Of a stretch of DNA of 64,000 nucleotides, positions 1-8,383 are shown piece after piece. How positions within the stretch are numbered: position 1 is the first letter of the stretch; each line of letters begins with the position of its first letter. Under the pieces are notes generated by a model. The model did not search any database and was not told where the DNA came from. It was given only the letters and a program-made list of their open reading frames with translations. This stretch comes from an uncultured Chloroflexia bacterium. Lineage in GTDB: Bacteria; Chloroflexota; Limnocylindria; Limnocylindrales; CSP1-4. Made by a program: the position numbers and the translations under genes. Location: NCBI GenBank assembly GCA_963752475.1, contig CAVVYR010000007.1, positions 288,001-352,000 on the forward strand, given 5' to 3'.

Positions 1-2
1 GC

Positions 3-1760
3 GGCGCCGGCCTGCGTGCCGCGGTCGCCTGTATCGAGGCCGGCCTGTCCGTGGGCGTGGTGTGCAAGTCGCTGCTGGGCAAGGCCCACACGGTCATGGC
101 CGAGGGCGGCATGGCCGCCTCGCTGGCCCACGTCGACGATCGCGACGGCTGGACCACCCACTTCCGCGACACGATGGTCGGCGGCTACCGGCTGAACAAC
201 CCGCGCATGGCCGAGCTCCACGCCAAGGAGGCGCCCGACCGCGTCCGCGAGCTCGAGGAGTGGGGCGCCGTCTTCGACCGCACCCGCGACGGTCGGATCC
301 TGCAGCGGCCCTTCGGCGGCCACACCTACCCGCGCCTCGCGCACGTCGGCGATCGCACCGGCCTCGAGCTCATCCGCACGCTGCAGGACCGCAGCGTGGC
401 CGTGGGCGCACAGGTCTACCAGGAGGTCATCATCACCCGCCTCTCGATGAAGGACGGGAAGGTGAACGGTGCCATCGGCTACAGCCGCATCGACGGCGAG
501 CCCATGGCCTTCCCGGCCAAAGCCGTCGTGCTCGCCTCGGGCGGTGTCGGCCGCGCCTTCGCCGTGACCTCGAACTCGTGGGAGTCCTCGGGCGACGGCC
601 AGGGCCTGGCCTATCGCGCCGGCGCCGAGTTCATCGACATGGAGTTCGTCCAATTCCACCCCACCGGCATGGTCCACCCCGCGGGCGTCAAGGGCCTGCT
701 CGTGACCGAGGCCGTGCGCGGCGAGGGCGGCATCCTGCGCAACTCCGAGGGGGTGCGCTTCATGTGGGACTACCTGCCTGAAGCCCGCCGCGACGAGTAC
801 GCCGCCACCGACGAAGAGGCACGTGCCTGGGTCGACGACCTGACCGAGGGCCGTCAGAGCCAGCACCGCCGTCCGCCCGAGCTGTCCACCCGTGACAACG
901 TGGCTCGTGCCATCTACACCGAGGTCAAGGAGGGCCGCGGCTCACCCCACGGCGGTGTGTTCCTGGACATCAGCTACCTGCCGGCCGAGCGCGTACGGGC
1001 CAAGCTGCCCTCGATGTACGAGCAGTTCAAGGAGCTGGCCGACGTCGACATCACCGCCGGGCCGATGGAGGTCGGGCCGACGATGCACTACATCATGGGC
1101 GGCATCAAGGTCGACGCCGAGGTCGGCCAGACCACGACCCCCGGCCTCTATGCCGCGGGCGAGGTCGCGGCCGGGCTCCACGGCTCGAACCGCCTCGGTG
1201 GCAACTCGCTGACCGACCTGCTCGTCTTCGGGCGGCGCGCCGGCGAGGCAGCCTCGGAGGCCGCAGCATCCACCACGGCCATGCCGGACTTCGAGCAGGC
1301 CTTCATCGACGAGTCGGTCGAGGCCATGTTCGCGCCCTTCGAGCGCGAGACCGGCGAGGATCCCAACGTGCTCCATGCCGAGCTGCAGCAGACGATGTCG
1401 TCGCTGGTCGGCATCTTCCGGCTGGAGTCGGACCTGGAGCAGGCGCTCGAGCGCATCGAGGGCTACAAGGCGCGCTGGGACGGCCTGCGGGTCACCGGGC
1501 CACGCCGCTTCAACCCCGCCTGGGACCTCGTCTTCGAGCTACGCAACATGCTCGTCGTGTCGGAGGCCATCGCGCGCTCGGCCCTGGAGCGGCAGGAGAG
1601 CCGTGGTGCGCATTCGCGCCTCGACTTCGTCGGCCCGCAGGAGGGCTGGGACCAGGTCAACGTGCACACCCATCGAGACGGCGACGACATGGTCGTGGAG
1701 CAGCGACCGGTCGTGGAGCTCCCCGAGGAGCTGGCCGAGCACTTCGTGAAGAAGGCGTAG
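3..1760 (+). CDS. sdhA: Succinate dehydrogenase/fumarate reductase flavoprotein subunit (5'-truncated by window edge)
   Basis: Frame is open from base 3 (GAGLRAAVA, end of the FAD GxGxxG motif). Motifs AHTVMAEGG, QFHPT, EAVRGEGG, HYIMGG, LHGSNRLGGNSL, ESRGAH. Followed by the Fe-S subunit. Confidence 0.93.
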   Translation, partial: GAGLRAAVACIEAGLSVGVVCKSLLGKAHTVMAEGGMAASLAHVDDRDGWTTHFRDTMVGGYRLNNPRMAELHAKEAPDRVRELEEWGAVFDRTRDGRILQRPFGGHTYPRLAHVGDRTGLELIRTLQDRSVAVGAQVYQEVIITRLSMKDGKVNGAIGYSRIDGEPMAFPAKAVVLASGGVGRAFAVTSNSWESSGDGQGLAYRAGAEFIDMEFVQFHPTGMVHPAGVKGLLVTEAVRGEGGILRNSEGVRFMWDYLPEARRDEYAATDEEARAWVDDLTEGRQSQHRRPPELSTRDNVARAIYTEVKEGRGSPHGGVFLDISYLPAERVRAKLPSMYEQFKELADVDITAGPMEVGPTMHYIMGGIKVDAEVGQTTTPGLYAAGEVAAGLHGSNRLGGNSLTDLLVFGRRAGEAASEAAASTTAMPDFEQAFIDESVEAMFAPFERETGEDPNVLHAELQQTMSSLVGIFRLESDLEQALERIEGYKARWDGLRVTGPRRFNPAWDLVFELRNMLVVSEAIARSALERQESRGAHSRLDFVGPQEGWDQVNVHTHRDGDDMVVEQRPVVELPEELAEHFVKKA

Positions 1761-1763
1761 CGC

Positions 1764-2591
1764 ATGGCAGATCAGGCGAAGCTCTGGGTCAACCGGGGCG
1801 AGGAGAACGACGAGGGCGAGTTCTTCGAGTACGTGGTGCCGGCGGGGGAGGGCATGGTCGTCCTCGACGCCATCCACTGGATCCAGCAGAACGTCGAGCC
1901 GGACCTGGCCGCCCGCTGGAACTGCAAGGCCGCCAAGTGCGGCTCGTGCTCGGCGGAGATCAACGGCAAGCCGGGCTTGATGTGCAAGACGCGCCTGTCG
2001 GACTTCGAGGAGGGCGAGGCCATCACGGTCGAACCCATGCGCACGTTCCCGCGCATCCGCGACCTCGTCACGGACGTGTCCTGGAACTACTCCATCAACG
2101 CCAAGCTGACGCCGTTCACGCCTCCCGCTGCTCCGCAATCCGAATGGCGCTGGCAGCAGGAGGACGGCGAGCGGAGCCAGGAGTTCCGCAAGTGCATCGA
2201 GTGCTTCCTGTGCATGGACACGTGCCACGTGCTGCGCAACCACGAGACCGACTTCGAGTTCTTCGGGCCGCGGTTCCTGGTTCGAGCCGCGTCGCTCGAG
2301 ATGCATCCGCTCGACCAGGCCGATCGGAAGGAACAGCTCAAGTACGACGGTGGCATCGGGTACTGCAACATCAACAAGTGCTGCACCGAGGTCTGCCCCG
2401 AGCACATCAAGATCACCGACAACGCCATCATCCCGCTCAAGGAGCGGGTGGCCGACGACTACTACGACCCCATCCGCTGGCTCTGGAACAAGATCCGCGG
2501 CGGTCGCTATGGGTCCTCGGCCGATGGTGCGGGCATCGAGGTCAGCGACGAGGCGAAGGCACTCGACGAGAAGCCTGGCTCCGACGACTAG
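1764..2591 (+). CDS. sdhB: Succinate dehydrogenase/fumarate reductase iron-sulfur subunit
   Basis: Cys clusters CKAAKCGSC...C, CIECFLCMDTC and CNINKCCTEVCP; RIRDLVTD motif; 3 nt after sdhA. Confidence 0.93.
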   Translation: MADQAKLWVNRGEENDEGEFFEYVVPAGEGMVVLDAIHWIQQNVEPDLAARWNCKAAKCGSCSAEINGKPGLMCKTRLSDFEEGEAITVEPMRTFPRIRDLVTDVSWNYSINAKLTPFTPPAAPQSEWRWQQEDGERSQEFRKCIECFLCMDTCHVLRNHETDFEFFGPRFLVRAASLEMHPLDQADRKEQLKYDGGIGYCNINKCCTEVCPEHIKITDNAIIPLKERVADDYYDPIRWLWNKIRGGRYGSSADGAGIEVSDEAKALDEKPGSDD

Positions 2592-3056
2592 ATGGCCGAC
2601 CGACTCCTGATCCGCACCGACGGTGCGTCGCGCTCCAACCCCGGGCCGGCTTCGGCTGGCGCCGTACTCATCGACGCGGCCCTGCCCAACGCGACGGCGG
2701 TGGACGCGCCGGTGCTGTCGGTGGTCTCGCGACCGCTGGGGGTCCAGACCAACAACGTGGCCGAGTACACCGCGCTCGTGCTGGCGCTGCGTGAGGCGCA
2801 GCGACTGGGTGCCTCATCCATCGACCTGCGCCTGGACTCGAAGCTCATCGTGGAGCAGCTGCACGGCCGCTGGCGGGTGAAGGACGCCAAGATGCGCGAG
2901 TTCTGGACGGAGGCGAAGTCACTGCTGGCGGGTTTCGACTCGTGGGACGCGACGCATGAGCCACGCGCCACCAACAAGGCTGCCGATGCGCTGGCCAACC
3001 TGGCCCTGGACGATCCTGCCGCCGCCGCCGAGCTGGAGGCCAAGTACCGGGAGTAG
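2592..3056 (+). CDS. rnhA: Ribonuclease HI family protein
   Basis: TDGASRSNPGPA, TNNVAEY, DSKLIVEQ and NKAADALAN supply the D-E-D-D catalytic set. Confidence 0.88.
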   Translation: MADRLLIRTDGASRSNPGPASAGAVLIDAALPNATAVDAPVLSVVSRPLGVQTNNVAEYTALVLALREAQRLGASSIDLRLDSKLIVEQLHGRWRVKDAKMREFWTEAKSLLAGFDSWDATHEPRATNKAADALANLALDDPAAAAELEAKYRE

Positions 3057-3149
3057 GGCATGGGCCTGCCGCAACGGTGGCCGTGGTCGGCAACAGCGGC
3101 TCGCGGCCTATCACCGCCGAGTGACGCGCGGTCCTGCCGGTTTGCGTGG

Positions 3150-3373
3150 GGCGGGCATTGGGCGTGGCCGCGAAACCGTGGCGAGAGCGCTGTGCGCCGA
3201 GCGAGCAAACTCGACCCGTCTGCCCTCGTTCTTGCTGGTCTCGTGCACGTGGCGTGCGGCGATGACGTTCGTGCTCGTGGGGCGGGCAGGATCAGCAGAT
3301 TCCGGGTCAGGCTGGTCGAGATCGTCTGCGGGGTGCACATCGTGGCCGGGACGGGCCGAGCAGGCCGCCTGCC
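3150..3373. repeat. Long imperfect inverted repeat (rod-like hairpin, ~220 nt)
   Basis: Nested arms centred near 3265: TGTGCGCC 3191/GGTGCACA 3332, CTCGACC 3210/GGTCGAG 3314, TGCTGGTC 3233/GATCAGCA 3290, GGCGGGC 3150/GCCTGCC 3367. Confidence 0.6.
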
Positions 3374-3388
3374 GTGCACGGGCGCTGG

Positions 3389-3397
3389 TGGTAGAGT
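3389..3397 (+). promoter_or_regulatory. Extended -10 promoter (TGgTAGAGT) for rnpB
   Basis: TGn-TAnnnT element ending 7 nt before the rnpB 5' stem. Confidence 0.55.
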
Positions 3398-3404
3398 CCG
3401 TCGG

Positions 3405-3742
3405 CCAGTGAGGTGGCCGGATGGTCGCGTGTGGCGGGGCGACCCGTCACCCGAGGAAAGTCCGAGCACCACGACGCAGGGTAGCGGGTAACTCCCGTCC
3501 GCCGCGAGGCGCGGACCAGCGCCACAGAGACGAGTCGGTTCGGCTTCGGCCGGCCGGGTGAAACGGGCAAGCTCTACCTGGTGCAAGGCCAAATAGGAGG
3601 GCATGTGCCGGCGAAAGCCGCACAGGGGTGCGTCGCCCTGCCTTCGGGTCGGCTGCAAGAGGCGTCGGGCAACCGGCGTCCCAGATGGATGACCATCCCC
3701 GCGCGAGCGGGACAGAACTCGGCTTACAGGCCACCTCGCTGG
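3405..3742 (+). ncRNA. rnpB: RNase P RNA, class A
   Basis: GAGGAAAGTCC (~3453), AGCGCCACAGA, GGGTGAAACGGGCAAGCTC, GCAAGGCCAAATAG and ACAGAACTCGGCTTA. 5' CCAGTGAGGTGGCC pairs with 3' GGCCACCTCGCTGG (P1). Confidence 0.96.
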
Positions 3743-3836
3743 TGTCACTTCGGGCGTCGTCATCGACTCGTCGCACGAACGTCGCAGATTCGTTCCATCT
3801 ACCCCAAACGCCCCGACCCTCATGAGGTAAACCCCG

Positions 3837-4757
3837 ATGCGATCCACTACTTCCGCGCTGACAGCCAGCTTCCTGCTCGTGGCCCTCGCCGTCCCCGCGG
3901 CGGCGCAGGACGCAGCCCTCGACCGGATCGAGATGCCGAACGCCTGGGAGCCCGAAGGCATCACCACCGACGGCGAGTCCCTCTTCGCCGGCTCACTGGC
4001 CAACGGTGCCATCCTCGTGGCCGATCCGGAGACTGGCGCGACGGAGGTACTCATCGAGGGCGCTGAGGGCGACATCGTCGCCGGGCTCGACCATGACGGC
4101 GCCGGTCGGCTCTGGACCGCCGGCGCGACCACTGGTGAGGTCCGTGCCTATGATGCCGCGAGCGGCGAGCTGCTGGCGTCCTATCCCTTCGAGTCCGGTT
4201 TCCTCAACGACGTCGCGGTGACGCAAGACGCGGTGTACGTCAGCGACTCCTTCGTGCCGCAGGTAGCGGTCATCCCGTTGGGCGAGGATGGCGCGCTGCC
4301 GGACCCGGCCGACGCCTTCACCCTGCCCATCAGCGGTGACCTCGAATACGGCGAAGGCTTCAACGCGAACGGCATCGTCGCCGCTCCCGCCGGGCTCGTG
4401 CTCGTGCACTCGGGCCAGGGCCAGCTCTACCGCGTGGACCCTGAGACCGGCGAATCGAGCCTCATCGACACCGGCGACGCGGATCTCACCGCCGGCGACG
4501 GCCTCGAGCTCGTCGACCAGACGCTCTACGTCATGCGCAACCGCGCTGGAGAGATCGTGGCGGTCGAGCTGGACGCCGAGCTGACGACCGGCATGGTCAC
4601 CGGCTCTGCGACCTCCGATGACTTCGCGGTGCCCACCACCGTGGCAGCGCTCGGCGACGACCTGTGGGTCGTCAACGCACGATTCGGTATCGAGGTGACG
4701 CCCGAAACGTCCTACTGGATGAGCCGGGTCGACGTGCCCGCCCCGACCGACGGCTAG
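3837..4757 (+). CDS. Secreted SMP-30/gluconolactonase-like beta-propeller protein
   Basis: Signal peptide ending AAA-Q; propeller motifs PEGIT, FLNDVAV, YVSDS, NANGIVA, GDGLEL, VPTTVA. Confidence 0.7.
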   Translation: MRSTTSALTASFLLVALAVPAAAQDAALDRIEMPNAWEPEGITTDGESLFAGSLANGAILVADPETGATEVLIEGAEGDIVAGLDHDGAGRLWTAGATTGEVRAYDAASGELLASYPFESGFLNDVAVTQDAVYVSDSFVPQVAVIPLGEDGALPDPADAFTLPISGDLEYGEGFNANGIVAAPAGLVLVHSGQGQLYRVDPETGESSLIDTGDADLTAGDGLELVDQTLYVMRNRAGEIVAVELDAELTTGMVTGSATSDDFAVPTTVAALGDDLWVVNARFGIEVTPETSYWMSRVDVPAPTDG

Positions 4758-4880
4758 GCCCACCTCCGGATGGGCCCACGTCCGGATCATCGGTCCACCG
4801 CGGCGCTCAGCAGTGCCGCTAGACTTCAGCGCCCAGGCACCACCCGAGGTGCCAACACACGAGAAGGAGTCGTCGAACTC

Positions 4881-5570
4881 ATGACCAACCCCCGCAGGCG
4901 CATGGCCGCCGTCGCCGGCAGCATGGCCCTCTCGATGTCGCTGGCGCTGGCTCCGGCGGCGATGGCGCAGGACGGCCCTGAGGCCACCATCGAGAGCTTC
5001 CTCGACGCTGTCGCCGCCAAGGACTTCGAAGCCCTCCCTGGTTTCTTCTGCGAGGAACAGGCCGGGCAGGCAGCCAACTTCGATATCGCCGCCGCCGCCG
5101 GCGAGATGCCCGACGGGATCGACGTCCAGTCCCTGCTGGATGCTGTGGTCTTTGATGTCACGCTCGACTCGCTCGAGGTCATCAGCGAGTCCGAGACCGA
5201 GGCCGTCGTGCGCGTCGCAGGCAGCATGGCCATGGATCTCGACCAGGATGCGCTCGTACCCTTCGTCGAAGTCATCATCGAGATGAGTGGCATGGAGGCC
5301 GACGAGGCCACGCTGGCGATGTTCATGGACATCGTCGCGTCCGAGTTCGAGGCTGAGGCCCAGGACCTCGACGGCGACGTCACCCTCGTCCCCGGCGATG
5401 CCGGCTGGGTCATCTGCAGCGACCTCGACTTCGGGGGCGACGACATGATGGAAGAGGACATGGCCGACGACTCCGTGGACGACGAGATGTCCGATGACAT
5501 GAGCGACGACGACATGGCCGAGGAGGGCATGGAAGACGACGACATGGCCGAGGAGGACGACGGCGAGTAG
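4881..5570 (+). CDS. Secreted acidic hypothetical protein with C-terminal DDM(A/S)(D/E)(D/E) low-complexity repeats
   Basis: GAAGGAG RBS before ATG 4881; signal peptide (AMA-Q); strong GC3 bias; acidic repeat tail. Confidence 0.75.
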   Translation: MTNPRRRMAAVAGSMALSMSLALAPAAMAQDGPEATIESFLDAVAAKDFEALPGFFCEEQAGQAANFDIAAAAGEMPDGIDVQSLLDAVVFDVTLDSLEVISESETEAVVRVAGSMAMDLDQDALVPFVEVIIEMSGMEADEATLAMFMDIVASEFEAEAQDLDGDVTLVPGDAGWVICSDLDFGGDDMMEEDMADDSVDDEMSDDMSDDDMAEEGMEDDDMAEEDDGE

Positions 5571-5610
5571 GCCGCCTCTTGCCGGCCACTCAGCCGGCAC
5601 CAGACGAAGC

Positions 5611-5639
5611 GACGCCCGTCCCTGCAAGGGGCGGGCGTC
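5611..5639. terminator. GC-rich hairpin between convergent genes (probable bidirectional terminator)
   Basis: GACGCCCGTCCCT-GCA-AGGGGCGGGCGTC stem-loop. Confidence 0.6.
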
Positions 5640-5668
5640 CTGCTGTCCGTGGGTCGAAGTGGGTTCGG

Positions 5669-6007
5669 CTAGTCCTCGTCGGGACGGAAGATGCCCGTGG
5701 CGGTGCAGGCCTCGCACACGCCGCGGGCCTCGCCGACGTCACCCAGGGCTAGCGGCTCGTCGGTGCCGTAGAGGCACATGACCTCATAGCTCGTTCGCTG
5801 CGGGCGGCCGGGCAGGGCCGAGACCTGGTCGATGCGTCGGAAGGTGCAGCGGCGTAGACGACCGACCGGTGTCACTGACTCGGGCGCGGGCGCGTCGCCG
5901 AGTGGCACCGGGACACCGATCTCGGGCGCGGGTGGGCGCACCACGGGGCTGGTCGGCATGGGGGCGATGGCATCGAGGGCGCCGGGTCGGCGCCGAGCGA
6001 TCGTCAC
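5669..6007 (-). CDS. Small hypothetical protein (~112 aa) with four Cys (CTFRR...C...CxxC), divergent from mraZ
   Basis: GAGGA RBS before GTG at 6007; C-terminal CEACTATGIFRPDED. Confidence 0.6.
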   Translation of the reverse strand: MTIARRRPGALDAIAPMPTSPVVRPPAPEIGVPVPLGDAPAPESVTPVGRLRRCTFRRIDQVSALPGRPQRTSYEVMCLYGTDEPLALGDVGEARGVCEACTATGIFRPDED

Positions 6008-6166
6008 TGGCAGGTCCTCTGCAGTCGGCTGGGAATCCGAACCTAGGCCAGTGGAACCGCTCCCACCATGACCGATAGGTACCCCGGCAAGAACCACCGG
6101 AATCACCCCGGGCCCACGTTTCCTCGATGAATTCGTGACGGTGGGCCGATTTCTGCGAAACGACCC

Positions 6167-6194
6167 TTGACGAGGCCCACGGATTGGGTATGAT
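6167..6194 (+). promoter_or_regulatory. Sigma70-type promoter of the dcw operon
   Basis: TTGACG (6167-6172), 16 bp spacer, TATGAT (6189-6194). Confidence 0.7.
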
Positions 6195-6202
6195 GCCCAT
6201 CC

Positions 6203-6228
6203 AAGTGGCACAAAGTGGTGCAAAGTGG
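6203..6228 (+). promoter_or_regulatory. MraZ operator boxes (3x AAGTGG, 10-bp period)
   Basis: AAGTGG at 6203, 6213 and 6223, just downstream of the -10; matches the known phased GTGG/TGGG MraZ boxes. Confidence 0.8.
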
Positions 6229-6376
6229 GGAAGAAGGGAGAACCGGGGACGTAGAACCACCGCCGTGGTGGGGAAGACGGACCAGGGAAACCAGCTTCAC
6301 CGTCAGTGAGGGAGTCGGGAGAGACCCGGCCACTGAAGCGTCGTCGATGTCACTAGTCGGAGCCAGCCCAAGCCCC

Positions 6377-6805
6377 GTGTTCACTGGTGAGTATCGACAC
6401 ACGGTCGACGACAAGGGACGTCTCGCGATCCCGACGCGTCTCCGTGCGCAGCTCGCCGAGGGCGGTCAGGTCAGCGCCTGGATGGATGGGTGCGTCGCAC
6501 TCCATCCGAAGGACGAGTGGGAGCAGATGACCTCCAAGGTCGATGCCCTTCCGTTCACCGCCGAACCGGCACGGAAGCTACGGCGCTTGCTCTATGGCTC
6601 GGCCTACGAGGCCAAGCTCGATCGACAGGGCCGGTTCGTCCTGCCGCAGAAGCTTCGCGAATACGCGGGCATCGAGGCAGAGGTCGTCCTGGTCGGTGCG
6701 GGAAGCCGCATCGAGCTGTGGTCACCCGAGCGGTGGCGCGAGTTCAGCGAGCAGATGGATCAGCCCGAGGCTCTAGCCGAGTCGCTCGACGGGTTGGGTA
6801 TCTGA
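6377..6805 (+). CDS. mraZ: Division/cell wall cluster transcriptional repressor MraZ
   Basis: MFTGEYRHTVDDKGRLAIP, LDRQGRFVLP, IELWS; GTG start chosen at the conserved N-terminus. Confidence 0.95.
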   Translation: MFTGEYRHTVDDKGRLAIPTRLRAQLAEGGQVSAWMDGCVALHPKDEWEQMTSKVDALPFTAEPARKLRRLLYGSAYEAKLDRQGRFVLPQKLREYAGIEAEVVLVGAGSRIELWSPERWREFSEQMDQPEALAESLDGLGI

Positions 6806-6857
6806 ACCATATGAGCCTCCAGGGTCTGGATGGACCGTCGGGGCAGTCGAATCGGTG

Positions 6858-7811
6858 ATGGAACAGGAAGTAGGGCACCTGCCCGTGATGCTTGAGGAGG
6901 TCATCTTGGCTCTCTCGCCGCACCCGGGCAGCTTCCAGATCGATGCGACTGTCGGCGGCGGAGGGCACGCTGTTCGGATCCTGGAGGCCGCCACACCCGG
7001 CGGCCGGCTGCTGGGCATCGACGCCGATGCTCGCGCGGTCGAACGATCCACCCGGCGACTCGCACCCTACGGCGAGCGCGCGGTCGTTAGGCAAGCTAAC
7101 TTCGAGTCGATCGCCGACGTGGCCGTCGACAACGGCTTCGAGGCCGTCGACGGAATCCTCATGGACCTGGGCGTCAGCTCCCAGCAGCTCGACGATGACG
7201 ACCGCGGTTTCAGCTTCCGCTCTGACGACGACCTGGACATGCGTTTCGACACACGCTCGGGCATCCCGGCCAGCGCGGTCGTAGCCACCTACAGCGAAGC
7301 CGAGTTGGCCGGGGTCTTCAAGCGCCACGGTGAGGAACCGCACGCACGCCGCATCGCCCGCGCCATCGTGGCCGAACGCGCGATGGAGCCCATCGAGAGC
7401 CCGGCCCGGCTGGCCGAGATCGTGACCAGGGCCACGCCGCGTCCCCGGAACCCGCGCCGGCGACGCATCCACCCTGCCACCCGCGTGTTCCAGGCACTGC
7501 GCATCGAGGTCAACCGTGAGCTCGAGACGCTGCCGGCCGCGCTGGAGAAGGCGATCGACCTGCTCAAGCCCGACGGACGCCTCTGCGTCATCAGCTACCA
7601 CTCCCTCGAGGACCGCATCGTGAAGCGCCTCCTGGCGCGGGAACGGCGCGGTTGCATCTGTCCACCCGAGTTCCCCGTGTGCGTCTGCGGCAAGGAGCCG
7701 CGCGTCGCGAACGTGGGTGCTCAGCCACAGACGCCAAGTGAGGCGGAGGTGGCGTCCAATCCCCGTGCGCGCAGCGCCAAGCTGCGGGCCGCCAGGAGGC
7801 TTCCAGCATGA
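6858..7811 (+). CDS. rsmH: 16S rRNA C1402 N4-methyltransferase RsmH
   Basis: HLPVMLEE, DATVGGGGHA, DLGVSSQQLD, LDMRFD, HPATRVFQALRIEVN, ISYHSLEDRIVK, NPRARSAKLR. Confidence 0.97.
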   Translation: MEQEVGHLPVMLEEVILALSPHPGSFQIDATVGGGGHAVRILEAATPGGRLLGIDADARAVERSTRRLAPYGERAVVRQANFESIADVAVDNGFEAVDGILMDLGVSSQQLDDDDRGFSFRSDDDLDMRFDTRSGIPASAVVATYSEAELAGVFKRHGEEPHARRIARAIVAERAMEPIESPARLAEIVTRATPRPRNPRRRRIHPATRVFQALRIEVNRELETLPAALEKAIDLLKPDGRLCVISYHSLEDRIVKRLLARERRGCICPPEFPVCVCGKEPRVANVGAQPQTPSEAEVASNPRARSAKLRAARRLPA

Positions 7812-8011
7812 GCAGCCGTCACGGCAACTCGCGGCGCCAGGCGTATGGCCGCCGCATGAAGGATCTGCGCACCCGTCGCAGCTCGGACTTCGAGGTCGAT
7901 CTCGAGGGTCCCAATGGCTGGAACCGGGGTGGATCTTGGGACAGCGACCGGTCACTCCATAGCGGCGCCCTCGACGTCGACAGCAGCAGCTCGAGCGCTC
8001 GCGCCCGCTGA
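7808..8011 (+). CDS. Small basic hypothetical protein (67 aa) inside the dcw operon
   Basis: ATGA overlap with the rsmH stop and TGATG overlap with the next start; AGGAGG upstream. Confidence 0.6.
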   Translation: MSSRHGNSRRQAYGRRMKDLRTRRSSDFEVDLEGPNGWNRGGSWDSDRSLHSGALDVDSSSSSARAR

Positions 8012-8382
8012 TGGCTGTCTACCAGGGTGCACGCCTGCGCACGAACGCACTGCCGGCGGCCGAGGCATCGGCCCGTCCGCCGCGCGCGGCTGCGCCGGCG
8101 AGCGTCGGTGCCGCCGCACGGGTCCGTCCCGTGGGCCTCCTCATGGCTGCCATCGTGGCCGCCACGATCGTGGGCATGGTGTACCTGACGCAGACTCTGG
8201 GTACCAATGCCGCCTCGACCGAGATCGATCGGCTCGAGGTGCAGCGCAACAAGCTCATCACCGAGATCAAGCGACACGAGATCGTGGCGCTGGACATGAC
8301 CCAGGCTGAGGTCGTGGAGCCCAAGGCCCGCGATCAGAAGCTCAAGCGGCTGGGCGATCCCGTCGTCCTGTCCGCGCCCTGA
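8011..8382 (+). CDS. ftsL: Cell division protein FtsL-like
   Basis: Lies between rsmH and the PBP; single TM followed by a coiled coil (IDRLEVQRNKLITEI). Confidence 0.7.
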   Translation: MAVYQGARLRTNALPAAEASARPPRAAAPASVGAAARVRPVGLLMAAIVAATIVGMVYLTQTLGTNAASTEIDRLEVQRNKLITEIKRHEIVALDMTQAEVVEPKARDQKLKRLGDPVVLSAP

Positions 8383-8383
8383 T

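Noticed and set aside
2588-5717. Long antisense or alternative-frame ORFs (e.g. 2588-4132, 3993-5717, and similar throughout)
   Set aside because: Typical high-GC shadow ORFs overlapping well-supported genes or rnpB, with no motifs.
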